The position numbers and the translations under genes were made by a program. This document shows, one piece after another, positions 52,982 through 64,000 of a stretch of DNA of 64,000 bases. Location of the stretch: NCBI GenBank assembly GCA_963720545.1, contig OY970399.1, positions 3,072,001-3,136,000 of the forward strand, in the 5' to 3' direction. Numbering within the stretch: position 1 is the stretch's first letter; every line of letters starts with the position of its first letter. This DNA is from an uncultured Acidobacteriota bacterium. Lineage in GTDB: Bacteria; Acidobacteriota; Vicinamibacteria; Fen-336. Below the pieces are notes generated by a model. The model worked only from the letters and a program-made list of their open reading frames with translations, searched no databases and was not told where the DNA came from.

Positions 52982-53926
52982 TCAACGCGCGAGCGTTTCC
53001 TTGGTGACGAGGCCGATCTGGGTCCGCTGGTCGGTCGGCACCGCCTGGCCGCGTAGCAGTGCCACCGCGGTTTCTACCGCGACCCGGCCCATTTCGGCGG
53101 GAAACTGGGCGACCGAAGAATCCATCGCGCCGCTCCGGATGGCGGCGCGGGCGTCATCGACGGCGTCGAAGCCGATGACGCGGATCCTGCCGGTGCGCCC
53201 GGCGGCGGCGATGGCCTCGACAGCGCCGAGCGCCATCATGTCGTTGCACGCGAACACGGCGTCGATCTCGGGATGAGCCTGCAGCATGTTCTGGAAGACG
53301 TTGAAGCCCTGGTCGCGTTCCCAGTTCGCGGTCTGCGAAGCGACGATGACGACGCCGCTGGCCGCGGCCAGCGCCTCGTGGAAGCCCTTGAGTCGGGAGT
53401 CGCCGGTCTCGTGGCCGGGAATGCCTTCGAGCACCGCCACCTTCGCCTGGCCGCCGCTCGCTTCGATGATGCGCCTGCCGGCGAGGCGGCCGCCTTCCAC
53501 GTTGTCCGAACCGACATAGCTTTCCGTGTGCACCGAAGCGTCCTGCGCCGCTTTCGGGTCGACGCGGTCGTCGACCACTACGATCGGCACCGCGGCGGCG
53601 TTGGCGTGCGCCAGCGCCGGCACGATGCCGGTGGAGTTCGATGGCGCGATGCAGAGGGCCTTCACCCCAGATTGCACCAGGTTCTCGACGATCTGCATCT
53701 GCCGCTCGACGTCGATCTCGCGCTCGGGCGCCTGCACCACCAGCTCGACGCCGAGGCGCTTCGCGGCCGCTTCCGCGCCGCGCTGCATCTCGATGAAGAA
53801 CGGATTGTTCGCAGTCTTCATCACCAGCGCCACTCTCGGCAGCGCGGAACCGTCGTGCGCCGGGCGCCCGCACCCGGCCGCAAGCAGTGCGAACGCGCCG
53901 GCGGCGAACCGCACGCGGCCGGTCAT
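52982..53926 (-). CDS. Sugar ABC transporter substrate-binding lipoprotein (RbsB-like)
   Basis: Lipobox LAAGC, NNPFF, VGSDN..GG, QTANWER, ACNDMMALGA, IGFDA. Confidence 0.88.
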   Translation of the reverse strand: MTGRVRFAAGAFALLAAGCGRPAHDGSALPRVALVMKTANNPFFIEMQRGAEAAAKRLGVELVVQAPEREIDVERQMQIVENLVQSGVKALCIAPSNSTGIVPALAHANAAAVPIVVVDDRVDPKAAQDASVHTESYVGSDNVEGGRLAGRRIIEASGGQAKVAVLEGIPGHETGDSRLKGFHEALAAASGVVIVASQTANWERDQGFNVFQNMLQAHPEIDAVFACNDMMALGAVEAIAAAGRTGRIRVIGFDAVDDARAAIRSGAMDSSVAQFPAEMGRVAVETAVALLRGQAVPTDQRTQIGLVTKETLAR

Positions 53927-54603
53927 CGCGCTGCCGTGAACACCAGGAAGTACTGATAGGGAAGGAACGTGTGTTCGCCGGCGAGGCGGAAGCCGTTCTC
54001 CTGCATCTGCTTCACCACGTCCTCACGCGCGATCTTCGTGTCCATGCCCGGCCCAACCGGCAGCGGGCGCTTCTGGTAGTCGATCATGACGATGCGCCCG
54101 CCCGGCGCGAGCGAATTCCGCAGGGCCGCGATATAGGCCGCCTGCTTCTCGACGTGGTGCCAGACGTCGCAGAAGAAGACGAGGTCGACCTTGTGCTCCG
54201 GCAGTCGCGGGTCGTCGGGCGGAGCCAGCGTCGCGGTGACGTTCGTGAGCCCGGCTGCGGCGGCGCGCTGCCTGATGTGCTCGACCATGCCCGGCTCGAC
54301 GTCGACTGCGTACACTTGCCCGGCGGCGCCCACCGCGCGCGCGAATCGCAGCGTGAAATAGCCTGAGCCAGCGCCGATGTCGGCGACCGCGTCGCCCGGC
54401 TTCAGCGCCAGCGCCGCCACCACCTCGTCCGGCTTCTGGTAGCCGTCGCGCGCGGCGCTGTCGAGCATCCTTATGTATGCGTCCACATCGGTATGCGCGC
54501 CGTGTTCGCGGCGGGTGGCGGGATCCTGCGCCTGCGCGGACGCCGCAGAGCTCGCGGCCAGCGCGGCTGCAATTGCCCAGGCCGAGCAACGCCGCATCGT
54601 CAT
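53923..54603 (-). CDS. Class I SAM-dependent methyltransferase with a signal-like N-terminus
   Basis: RDGYQKPDEV, VADIGAGSGYF, YAVDV, LPYQYF; ATGA overlaps. Confidence 0.85.
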   Translation of the reverse strand: MTMRRCSAWAIAAALAASSAASAQAQDPATRREHGAHTDVDAYIRMLDSAARDGYQKPDEVVAALALKPGDAVADIGAGSGYFTLRFARAVGAAGQVYAVDVEPGMVEHIRQRAAAAGLTNVTATLAPPDDPRLPEHKVDLVFFCDVWHHVEKQAAYIAALRNSLAPGGRIVMIDYQKRPLPVGPGMDTKIAREDVVKQMQENGFRLAGEHTFLPYQYFLVFTAAR

Positions 54604-55172
54604 GACGACACCCCGCGCAGCGCCGGATCGACCAGCGCACGCGCCTTCGTCAGCAGCCGGCGCAGGCCGCTGTCGATGTCGAGCGCCAGCGCGTCGTCCC
54701 AGGCGAACCAGCGCATGTCGTCGGTCTCGTCGCGCGAGCGTTCGAAGGCGGCCCCGGCGGGCGCAACCACCAGGTAGCGCAGGTCGAGATGGTCGTGCGC
54801 AGGCTCGGCGCCGCGCGCCGGGATGCGGTGCACGTCGACGTCGAGCGGTCGCGGCGCCTCCGGGTGCAGGGCCAGGTCGCTCATGCCCGACTCCTCCGCG
54901 GCTTCGCGCATGGCCACCGCCGCGCCCGAGGTTTCGCCGGCTTCGCCGTGGCCCCCGCATTGCAGCCAGCGCTGCAGCTTCTTGTGGCGCAGGAGCAGCA
55001 CGCGCATGCCGTCGGCGGAGACGACCAGCGCGCTGCCGACCAGGTGGCCGTGCAGGTGGGCGCGATCGAAGGGCCGCTCGTGGCCGGCCGCGAATGCGCG
55101 GATGCGCGCGAGCCCCGCGGCCTCTTCGGCATCCTGCGCCACGTACGTGTCGAGCCGCTCGTCGAGACCCAT
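54600..55172 (-). CDS. NUDIX hydrolase
   Basis: GHLVGSALV, HKKLQRWLQCGGH..AMREAAEESG, H.DLRY. Confidence 0.88.
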   Translation of the reverse strand: MGLDERLDTYVAQDAEEAAGLARIRAFAAGHERPFDRAHLHGHLVGSALVVSADGMRVLLLRHKKLQRWLQCGGHGEAGETSGAAVAMREAAEESGMSDLALHPEAPRPLDVDVHRIPARGAEPAHDHLDLRYLVVAPAGAAFERSRDETDDMRWFAWDDALALDIDSGLRRLLTKARALVDPALRGVSS

Positions 55173-55230
55173 GGTGTTATGGTGCGATCGGCTCGATTGT
55201 GGCACACTGCGCGCCGCACGGGAGGCCGCC

Positions 55231-56496
55231 CTGAGCGAACGCTACGAACGCATGAAGGACGCGGTTCGCGCCCTCTTCGACCGCAACCGGCAGCAGGGCA
55301 TCGCGTCGTGGTGCGGGCTCGGCTACGACTTCGTTTGCCCGTCGCCCGGCACCTATCCGTTCCAGTGGTTCTGGGACTCGTGCTTCCATGCCGTGGTGCT
55401 CAGCCACTTCGACGTCGAGCGCGCGCGCTCCGAGGTGCGCAGCCTGCTCGCGAACGCGCAGGACGATGGCTTCGTCGCGCACGTCACCTTCTGGCAGCGC
55501 GAGCACTACGAGGACCTTCTCTCGACCTACTCCATCGCATATCGCACGCCGTATCTCTCCGACTGCATGCAGCCGCCGTGCCTCGCCGAGGCGGTGGCGG
55601 CGGCCGCGGAAGGGCCGGGCGGCGAACAGTTCCTGGCGGAGGTCATGCCGCGGGTGCTGGCCTACTACGAATGGCTGGCGCGCGTGCGCGATCCCGACCG
55701 CGATGGCCTGATCGCAACGCTGCAGCCGGACGAATCGGGCCTCGACCATGCGCCGAAGTACGACGAGTACCTCGGCGTCACCGGCACCTCGCAGGGCGAC
55801 CTCGACGACGCCTGGCAGCGGGTGGCCGGACCCTACGCGGAAGTGGGCCGCGATCCGCAGCGCATGTTCGCGCTCGACCGCTTCATCTGCGAGGACGTGT
55901 TCGTCAACACGATCTACGCCGAGAACCTGCGGGTGCTGGGCGGCCTGCTCGAGAAGAGCGGCAAGCCGAATGAGGCGGCGCGTCGCTATCGGCGCGCCGA
56001 TCACACCGTCTCGTCGCTCGCCGCGAAGTGCTGGGATGCCGAGACCGGCCTCTTCTACGATCTTGCCGGGCGCGGCGAAAGGCGGCTGAGGATGAATACC
56101 ATCAGCTCGCTGGTGCCGATCCTGCTCGACATCCCGCGCCGCGCCGTGGACGGCATCGTCCGCCAGCTCGGCGACGAGCGCACCTACGCGGCGCCGTTTC
56201 CGGTGCCGTCGGTGGCGCTCAACGAACCGTCGTACCTGCCCGGCGCGAACGATCGCAAGCTCGTGTGGCGCGGACCCACCTGGATCAACAGCAACTGGTA
56301 CATCGCGCGGGGGCTGCGCCGTCACGGTTATCACGACCTCGCGCGCGGCATCGAGGACCGCTCCGCCGCGCTGGTCGAGAACAACGGCTTTCGCGAGTAC
56401 TACGATCCCTGGACCGGCGCGGGCTACGGTGCCGAAAACTTTGCCTGGAGCGGCCTCGCTCTCGACATGCTCGCGCGGCACGAGGGCCTGCGTTGA
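55231..56496 (+). CDS. GH63/MGH1-like (alpha/alpha)6 glycoside hydrolase (glucosyl-/mannosylglycerate hydrolase-like)
   Basis: YPFQWFWDSCF, MQPP, ESGLD..P.YD, WRGPTWIN, GFREYYDP. Start CTG 55231 (after GGGAGG) or ATG 55252. Confidence 0.82.
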   Translation: MSERYERMKDAVRALFDRNRQQGIASWCGLGYDFVCPSPGTYPFQWFWDSCFHAVVLSHFDVERARSEVRSLLANAQDDGFVAHVTFWQREHYEDLLSTYSIAYRTPYLSDCMQPPCLAEAVAAAAEGPGGEQFLAEVMPRVLAYYEWLARVRDPDRDGLIATLQPDESGLDHAPKYDEYLGVTGTSQGDLDDAWQRVAGPYAEVGRDPQRMFALDRFICEDVFVNTIYAENLRVLGGLLEKSGKPNEAARRYRRADHTVSSLAAKCWDAETGLFYDLAGRGERRLRMNTISSLVPILLDIPRRAVDGIVRQLGDERTYAAPFPVPSVALNEPSYLPGANDRKLVWRGPTWINSNWYIARGLRRHGYHDLARGIEDRSAALVENNGFREYYDPWTGAGYGAENFAWSGLALDMLARHEGLR

Positions 56497-57917
56497 TCCT
56501 GGCGGCGGCGCTCTTCGCCGCCGCGGCCACCGCGGCTGTGGAGCGCCAGCTGGTGGTGCCGCTGCGTGCCGCCGACGTCGCCGTATCGCGCTACCGCCAT
56601 GTGCCGTTCGCAGTGCCGGCAGGCACCACGCGTGTCGAGGTCGCGCTTGCGTTCGACAAGGCGGGCGGCGCCAATGTCATCGACCTCGGGCTGATGGAAC
56701 CCGGCAGCATTTCGCTGCCGAGCGGCGCCTTTCGCGGCTGGAGCGGCGGCGAGCGCGCGGCCGTCTTCGTCGCCGCGGACGATGCGACTCCCGGCTACTG
56801 GCCCGGCGCGACACCGGCCGGCACCTGGCACGTCGTGCTCGGGCTTTACAAGATCGCGCCGCAGGGCGTGTCCGTGACGCTCACGGTGAAAACAGCCAGT
56901 GTGCCTCCTGGCATCGGCATCACCAGGGCGCCACAGGCGTTGCGCTCGCCGGCCGCGGCACCGCTGCGCAGCGACGCGCGCTGGTACGCTGGCGCGCTGC
57001 ACACGCACACCGTTCACAGCGACGGCAGGCTGACGCCGGCGGAGCTGGCACGCGCGGCACGCGCGGCGGGCCTCGACTTCCTGGCGATCACCGATCACAA
57101 CAACACCGCACAGCAGCGCGAGCCGATCGCCGTGCCGGGCCTGCTGGTGATCACCGGCGAAGAGGTGACGACGCCGGGCGGCCATGCCGGCGTGTGGGGC
57201 CTGCACGGTCCGCGTGCCTTCGTCGATTTCCGTGTGGCGCCGGGCGATCCGCGCGTCGCCGAACTGGTCGCGGCAGCCCATGCCAAAGGTGCACTCTTTG
57301 CGATCAACCATCCGTTCGACAACTGCACGGCCTGCTCGTGGACGCACGCAGTGCCGGACGGCATCGACGCGCTCGAGATCACGAACCCCGGCGGCTCGAA
57401 CACGGCGCAGGCCATCGCGCTCTGGGACACGCTGCTGCGCGCGGGCCGCAGGGTCGCGGGGATCGGCGTCAGCGACTGGCATCGGCCGGGGGAGGCTGCG
57501 CGCACCATCGACGTCGCCAACTCGCGCATCTACGCGAGCGAGCTGTCGGAGCCGGCGATCCTGGCGGCGATCAAGGCCGGTCGTGTCATCGTCACCGCCT
57601 CGGCGAAACTGCCCGTGCCGTCGTTCACCGTGTCGACGCCGCGCAACGAACGTGCCGCGGCGGGCGGGCACCTCGAGCTTGTCGCGGGCGAGCCGCTGCG
57701 CCTCGAAGCCGCGGGCGACGCGCCTTATGCGGGCGGCCGCGTGCAGTTCGTGTGGCGCGGCGAGACGCTCGGATCGTTCGACGTGCCGGCGGGTGCGCCC
57801 GCCTCGTTCGCGCACTATCCTGCAGCGGATGGCTACGTGCGCGCCCACTTCTTCGCGCCCGACGGCGCACCGCTCGCCATCACCAACCCCGTGTGGGTCA
57901 CGGTGAAGGCGCCGTGA
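56493..57917 (+). CDS. PHP-domain metallohydrolase (CehA/McbA-like), secreted
   Basis: LHTHTVHSDG, AITDHN, GEEVT..GH, INHP, SDWH; TTG start overlaps the upstream TGA. Confidence 0.82.
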   Translation: MILAAALFAAAATAAVERQLVVPLRAADVAVSRYRHVPFAVPAGTTRVEVALAFDKAGGANVIDLGLMEPGSISLPSGAFRGWSGGERAAVFVAADDATPGYWPGATPAGTWHVVLGLYKIAPQGVSVTLTVKTASVPPGIGITRAPQALRSPAAAPLRSDARWYAGALHTHTVHSDGRLTPAELARAARAAGLDFLAITDHNNTAQQREPIAVPGLLVITGEEVTTPGGHAGVWGLHGPRAFVDFRVAPGDPRVAELVAAAHAKGALFAINHPFDNCTACSWTHAVPDGIDALEITNPGGSNTAQAIALWDTLLRAGRRVAGIGVSDWHRPGEAARTIDVANSRIYASELSEPAILAAIKAGRVIVTASAKLPVPSFTVSTPRNERAAAGGHLELVAGEPLRLEAAGDAPYAGGRVQFVWRGETLGSFDVPAGAPASFAHYPAADGYVRAHFFAPDGAPLAITNPVWVTVKAP

Positions 57918-60217
57918 CGAGAGGCAGCACGCCGCGGCTGCTGCCCGGCGCCTTGCTGGTTCTTGGTTCGCTTCTCGCCGTGCCGCGCGCCGGGCAGGCC
58001 GACGAACTGGTGACGCCGGTGCGCGTCGGCCGCAGCGATGCGCCGCTCGCGGTGAGCGTGTGGGCCCAGGCCGAGTATTCGCACGTCGCGGGCCGGCCCG
58101 AACTCGCCGCCGTGTTCACGAAGATTTTCACCGACTGGGCAGTCGCGCGGCCCGACATCCGCCTCGACATCTCGGTGATGCCAGGGCTGGAGATGCACAA
58201 GGCGAAGCTGCTGCTGGCTGCGAACGCCGACCGGCTGCCCGACGTCGCGTCGATCGACAGTTTCTGGATGCCGCTCTTTCTTGCCGGCGGACACCTGCAG
58301 CCGCTCGATCCCGAATGGCCGGTGGCAGATCGCGCCGACTACCTGCCGTTCACCATCAGCACGCTCTCGGATCGCGCCGGGCACGTCTATGGCATGTGGC
58401 ACGGCACCGACTGCCGCGCGCTCTATTACCGCAAGGACCTGGTGCCGAAACCGCCGCGCACCTGGGACGAGCTGCTCGAGCTGGCGGCGAAGATCTCGCG
58501 CGAGAAGGGCATAGCCGGCTACATGTTCAACGCCGGCCGGTGGGAGGGCACCGTCTTCGACCACCTGCCGATGCTGTGGGCGCAAGGCGGCGAGATCGTC
58601 GATGCCGACGGCCGGCCGGTGTTCGGCCTGCCGCAAAACCGCGAGAAGCTGCTCGCCATCCTGCGCTTCCTGCGCCGCGCGGTCGAAAGCGGCGCGTCGC
58701 CGCGCTCGGTGCTGGGCTCGATCGACTATCACCAGCTGTCGTCGGCGGCGATCGCCGGCGACACCGCGATGTTCCTCGGCGGCAACTGGCAGGTGCGCGA
58801 GCTGGAAGTGGGGATGACGAAGGCGCAACTCGACAACTGGGACGTGGCGCCCATCCCGCAGCGCGCGCCGGGCCAGATGGCGACCGGCACCGGCGGCTGG
58901 GTGTGGGTGGTGTTCGCCAAGGACCCGGCGCGCCGCAAGGCGGCGATCGAGTTCCTGCAGTTCCTGCAGTCGAGCGAGCACGTCGCGCAGATCGAGCCGG
59001 TCACGGGCCACCTGCCGGTGCGCATCAGCGTCTATCGCGACGCGCCCTTCTTCCGCGACGACCGCTGGAACGCCAAGTTCGCGACGCTCCTCGCAGGTGC
59101 GCGCGCCCGGCCGGCGGCGCTCATCTATCCGTACCTCTCGGAGCAGCTGCAGATCGCCATCGGCGACGTGGTCGCCGGCAGCGCCACTCCCGAGGGGGCG
59201 TTGGAGCGCGCGTGGCAGGCGACGCTGCGCCAGGACGCGCGCCTGCGCGACGTGCGGCCGCGCGCCGGTTTCGACAAGTGGCGGCTGCTGCCCATGGTCC
59301 TGGCGCTGGCCGCCGCCTTATTCGCGGCCGCGCTGTTCGCGCGCGCCTCGGTCCTCCTGTGGCTGGGCCCTGCGCTTGCGGTGATCGGCCTGGTCCTCAT
59401 CTATCCGATCTTCGACCTCGTGCGGCTCGCGTTCTCCGACGCGCACACCGCGGAAGCTGCGACCCGCTACGGCCTGCAGAGCTTCGCGGATCTGTTCCGC
59501 GACCCGGAGTTTCGCGGCATGCTCGCGGTCACCGTTGCGTTCGTGGTCGCGAGCGTTGCGTTGCAGCTGGGCCTTGGCCTGCTGCTCGCCACCGGACTCG
59601 ACGCGGCGCGCCGGGCGCGGCGGCCCGGCACCTTGTTCGCGCGCGCTGCGGTGGTCAGCGCGTGGGTGGTCCCCGGCATCCTGGTGGGCGTGCTGTGGAA
59701 GGTGCTGCTCGTCGAAAACCGTTCCGGAATCGCCAACTATTTCCTGTCCTTCTTTGGCGGCGGTCCGTACCCGTGGCTGTCGTCATCCACACTCGCGCTG
59801 GTGTCGGTGATCGCCGCCAACACCTGGCGCGGCTCGGCCTTCAGCATGATCCTCTTGTACGCGGCGCTGCAGCGGGTGCCGCGCGAACTGCACGAAGCCG
59901 CCGACCTCGAGGGACTGGGGCCGCTGGCACGCTTTCGCGTCGTGGCGTGGCCGCAGATCCGCGCCGTCGCGGCCCTCAACCTGACGCTCATCACCATCGC
60001 GACGCTCAACACCTTCGACCTCATCCTGCCGCTCACCGCCGGCGGCCCGGCCCGGGCCACCGAGGTGATGTCGCTGTTCATGTACCGCACCGCGTTCATG
60101 AACCTCGAGGCGGGCCGCGCCGCGGCGGTGGCGATGATCATGCTGCTGCTCAACCTGGTGCTCGCGTGGGCGGCGCTGCGCCTGATGCGTGAGCGCCGGA
60201 GCGTGTCTTCACCATGA
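57914..60217 (+). CDS. Fusion of an extracellular solute-binding protein and a carbohydrate ABC permease (MalF-like)
   Basis: Signal peptide, CUT1-type SBP (LPDV, LYYRKDL, PRTWDEL, GGW) in frame with a permease carrying the EAA loop (ELHEAADLEG). Confidence 0.85.
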   Translation: MTRGSTPRLLPGALLVLGSLLAVPRAGQADELVTPVRVGRSDAPLAVSVWAQAEYSHVAGRPELAAVFTKIFTDWAVARPDIRLDISVMPGLEMHKAKLLLAANADRLPDVASIDSFWMPLFLAGGHLQPLDPEWPVADRADYLPFTISTLSDRAGHVYGMWHGTDCRALYYRKDLVPKPPRTWDELLELAAKISREKGIAGYMFNAGRWEGTVFDHLPMLWAQGGEIVDADGRPVFGLPQNREKLLAILRFLRRAVESGASPRSVLGSIDYHQLSSAAIAGDTAMFLGGNWQVRELEVGMTKAQLDNWDVAPIPQRAPGQMATGTGGWVWVVFAKDPARRKAAIEFLQFLQSSEHVAQIEPVTGHLPVRISVYRDAPFFRDDRWNAKFATLLAGARARPAALIYPYLSEQLQIAIGDVVAGSATPEGALERAWQATLRQDARLRDVRPRAGFDKWRLLPMVLALAAALFAAALFARASVLLWLGPALAVIGLVLIYPIFDLVRLAFSDAHTAEAATRYGLQSFADLFRDPEFRGMLAVTVAFVVASVALQLGLGLLLATGLDAARRARRPGTLFARAAVVSAWVVPGILVGVLWKVLLVENRSGIANYFLSFFGGGPYPWLSSSTLALVSVIAANTWRGSAFSMILLYAALQRVPRELHEAADLEGLGPLARFRVVAWPQIRAVAALNLTLITIATLNTFDLILPLTAGGPARATEVMSLFMYRTAFMNLEAGRAAAVAMIMLLLNLVLAWAALRLMRERRSVSSP

Positions 60218-61029
60218 AGCGCCGCTCGCCGCCGTTGGCGCTGCTGCTGCTTGCGGGAGCGTTCCTGCTGCCGCAACTGTGGCTGCTTTCGCTGGCCCTG
60301 CACACGGGCGCCTCGGTTTACGAGTACCCGCCGCGCTTCATCCCGGCGCACCCGACGCTCGCCAACCTCACGTTCGTCTTCACCAAGACGCAGGTGCCGA
60401 CGTACCTGTGGAACAGCACCAAGCTGGCTTTCCTGGCGACCGCAGCGACGCTCGTCATCGGCGTGCCGGCCGCCTTCGTCCTGTCGCGCGAGCGCTTCCG
60501 CGGCCGCGCCGCGCTGCGCGGCTCGCTGCTGGTGGTGCAGATGGTCTCGCCGCTGGTGCTGCTGGTGCCGATCTACACCGTGATCACGGCGCTGGGCCTG
60601 CTCGACACGCACTCGGGCCTGGTCCTCGTCTATTGCGCGCTGCAGCTGCCGTTCACGATCGCGGTGCTCGCCGGCTTCTTCGACGCGCTGCCGACGGCGC
60701 TCTTCGAAGCCGCGCGCCTCGATGGCGCCTCGCGGCTGCGCACCTTGACGCGCGTGGCGCTGCCGATCGCCGGCCCCGGCCTCGCCGCCACCGCCATCTT
60801 CAACCTGGCGGCCTACTGGTCCGAGTTCGGGCTCGCGCTGGTGCTTCTCGACTCGCAGTCGCGCTACACGGTGCCGGTGGGGTTGTTCGCGCTGCAAAGC
60901 GGCTACGAAACCGAGTGGCAGCTGGTTTCGGCGGCGGCGCTCGTCGGTATCCTGCCGGTGATGGCGATGTTCGTCTTCCTGCAGCGCTATTTCGTCACCG
61001 GCCTGACGGCTGGAGCGGTGAAAGGCTGA
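60214..61029 (+). CDS. Carbohydrate ABC permease (MalG-like)
   Basis: YLWNS, LFEAARLDGAS, WSEF, QRYFVTGLTAGAVKG. Confidence 0.92.
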   Translation: MKRRSPPLALLLLAGAFLLPQLWLLSLALHTGASVYEYPPRFIPAHPTLANLTFVFTKTQVPTYLWNSTKLAFLATAATLVIGVPAAFVLSRERFRGRAALRGSLLVVQMVSPLVLLVPIYTVITALGLLDTHSGLVLVYCALQLPFTIAVLAGFFDALPTALFEAARLDGASRLRTLTRVALPIAGPGLAATAIFNLAAYWSEFGLALVLLDSQSRYTVPVGLFALQSGYETEWQLVSAAALVGILPVMAMFVFLQRYFVTGLTAGAVKG

Positions 61030-61054
61030 CGCCTGGCGCGCTGACGCGCCCGGC

Positions 61055-62557
<1,503 letters not shown>

Positions 62558-62558
62558 G

Positions 62559-63341
62559 TCAGGCGCTCGGCTGGTGGTGGCGGGTCACGAACAGATCGTA
62601 CGCCGAGGCGCCGGCGATGCCACCGACGAGCGGGCCGGCGATGGGCACCCACCACCAGCCGTGGCCGGCGCGGAACACTTCGGGCCCCCAGCCGGCGACG
62701 AGCGTGAAGAGGCGCGGGCCGAGGTCGCGCGCGGGGTTGATGGCGTAGCCGGCGTTGAAGCCGAAGCACATGCCGATGAGGACCACCGCGAGCCCGACGA
62801 GCACCGGAGCGTTGCGCGGGTCGGGCGCGTGGTTCTTGGCATCGCCGATCGCGAGGATCAGGATGACGAGCATCGCGGTGCCGACCACCTGGTCGAGAAG
62901 GCCGCCGCCGATGCTCAGGAACGGCTGCGGGTAGGTGGCGAAAATGCCCGCGGTCGCCTGCGCGCCCGCGACCTGGCGCACGCCGCCGTCGAAGTGGTCG
63001 AAGGCTTCGCGGTAGGTGAGGAGCGTCAGCGCGGATGCGGCGAAGGCGCCGGCCACCTGCGCGGCAGCATACGGCAACACCTTGCGCCACGGAAAGCCGC
63101 GCCGCACGGCGAGCGCCAGCGTCACCGCGGGGTTGAGGTGCGCGCCCGAGAGGCCCGCCGAGGCATAGACGCCCATCATGACGGCAAGGCCCCAGGCGAT
63201 GTTGATCGACAGGTAACCGCCGTGGCTGCCGCCGCTCAGCACCACCTGCGCCACCACGGCCGTGCCGAACGCGATCAGCAGGAACGTGCCGAAGAACTCG
63301 CCGCTCACTTCGCGGGCCAGGGACGACCGTGACTCATTCAT
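62559..63341 (-). CDS. glpF: Glycerol uptake facilitator (aquaglyceroporin)
   Basis: [10 protein letters not shown] and [13 protein letters not shown]. Confidence 0.94.
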   Translation of the reverse strand: MNESRSSLAREVSGEFFGTFLLIAFGTAVVAQVVLSGGSHGGYLSINIAWGLAVMMGVYASAGLSGAHLNPAVTLALAVRRGFPWRKVLPYAAAQVAGAFAASALTLLTYREAFDHFDGGVRQVAGAQATAGIFATYPQPFLSIGGGLLDQVVGTAMLVILILAIGDAKNHAPDPRNAPVLVGLAVVLIGMCFGFNAGYAINPARDLGPRLFTLVAGWGPEVFRAGHGWWWVPIAGPLVGGIAGASAYDLFVTRHHQPSA

Positions 63342-64000
63342 GGATTCACCGCCTTTGCGGGTACGGGTATTTCATACGCCGGCCCCTCGCCGCGAAGCGC
63401 GGCGTCGCCGCGCCACTGCAGCAGGGTCCTGTCCGGCTCATCGTCACCGTTGAGGAAGAAGAGCGCGTTGACCGCGGCGAGGCGCGCGGCACCGCTGCCC
63501 GGCGCCAGTGGGGTCTCGCCTTTGTCGCGCGGCGGCCGGGTGTGCGCGCGGATGGCGAGCGACACGACGTCGGCGGCGGTGGCTCCGGGAGGCAGCGCGA
63601 CCGCGCCGCGAAAGCAGCCGGTGGGGAAGTGGATGGGCTCGCGCGCGATGCGGAAGTTGGCAAGCCCGCCGCTCGAGTCGTAGTCGGCCACGGTGCCGTC
63701 GCGCCGCCGCGCGCGCACCGAAAACGAAAGCACGGCATCCGTCGCCGGCGCGCACGCCTCGAGCGTCAGGTAGCGGCGCGGGTCCACGATGCGGCCCTTG
63801 CCCGGCGCGGCCTCGCCTTTCACGCGGCCCTCGCGCCGCGCTTCCTGCGCGCTCACGCGGTAGGTCCATGGCTCGCGGTCCATCGCCACCTCGCGCGACA
63901 CCGAGGCGAGCTCGATGAGCACCGGAGCCGGCGCGAAGCGCATGCCGGTGCCACCCTTGGTGTCCACCATGTTGTTCTTCGTCACCACCCACATCAGCGG
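63338..64000 (-). CDS. Hypothetical protein (5' end outside the window)
   Basis: Frame open to the window edge; stop overlaps the glpF ATG (ATGA). Confidence 0.65.
   Translation of the reverse strand, partial: PLMWVVTKNNMVDTKGGTGMRFAPAPVLIELASVSREVAMDREPWTYRVSAQEARREGRVKGEAAPGKGRIVDPRRYLTLEACAPATDAVLSFSVRARRRDGTVADYDSSGGLANFRIAREPIHFPTGCFRGAVALPPGATAADVVSLAIRAHTRPPRDKGETPLAPGSGAARLAAVNALFFLNGDDEPDRTLLQWRGDAALRGEGPAYEIPVPAKAVNP

Overview
Very GC-rich, gene-dense bacterial chromosomal window with about 62 CDS. The gene repertoire suggests an Acidobacteriota-like organism (inference). In order along the window: a TonB-receptor/GH144/GH3/LacI/MFS locus, probably for beta-1,2-glucan use; a candidate structured ncRNA with its own promoter and terminator, converging on an RRM protein that appears to start at ATT; housekeeping operons (ddl, Mo-oxidoreductase, M24 peptidases); dusB and a full SUF operon, where dusB and sufB carry clustered single-base insertions that are probably read errors; boxR-boxC-boxB without boxA; an ECF sigma module (DoxX-like protein, small Cys protein, di-heme cytochrome) with three copies of one promoter motif; a GH63-like/PHP/SBP-permease-fusion operon; and glpFK. 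A REP/BIME-like hairpin-plus-tandem repeat family occurs at two loci. No rRNA, tRNA, CRISPR-Cas or transposase was recognised. The best candidates for undescribed biology are the ncRNA+RRM locus (12.4-13.5 kb), the ECF/di-heme module (50.0-53.0 kb) and the GH63/PHP/fused transporter locus beside glpFK. All family assignments come from reading motifs by eye; no searches were run.
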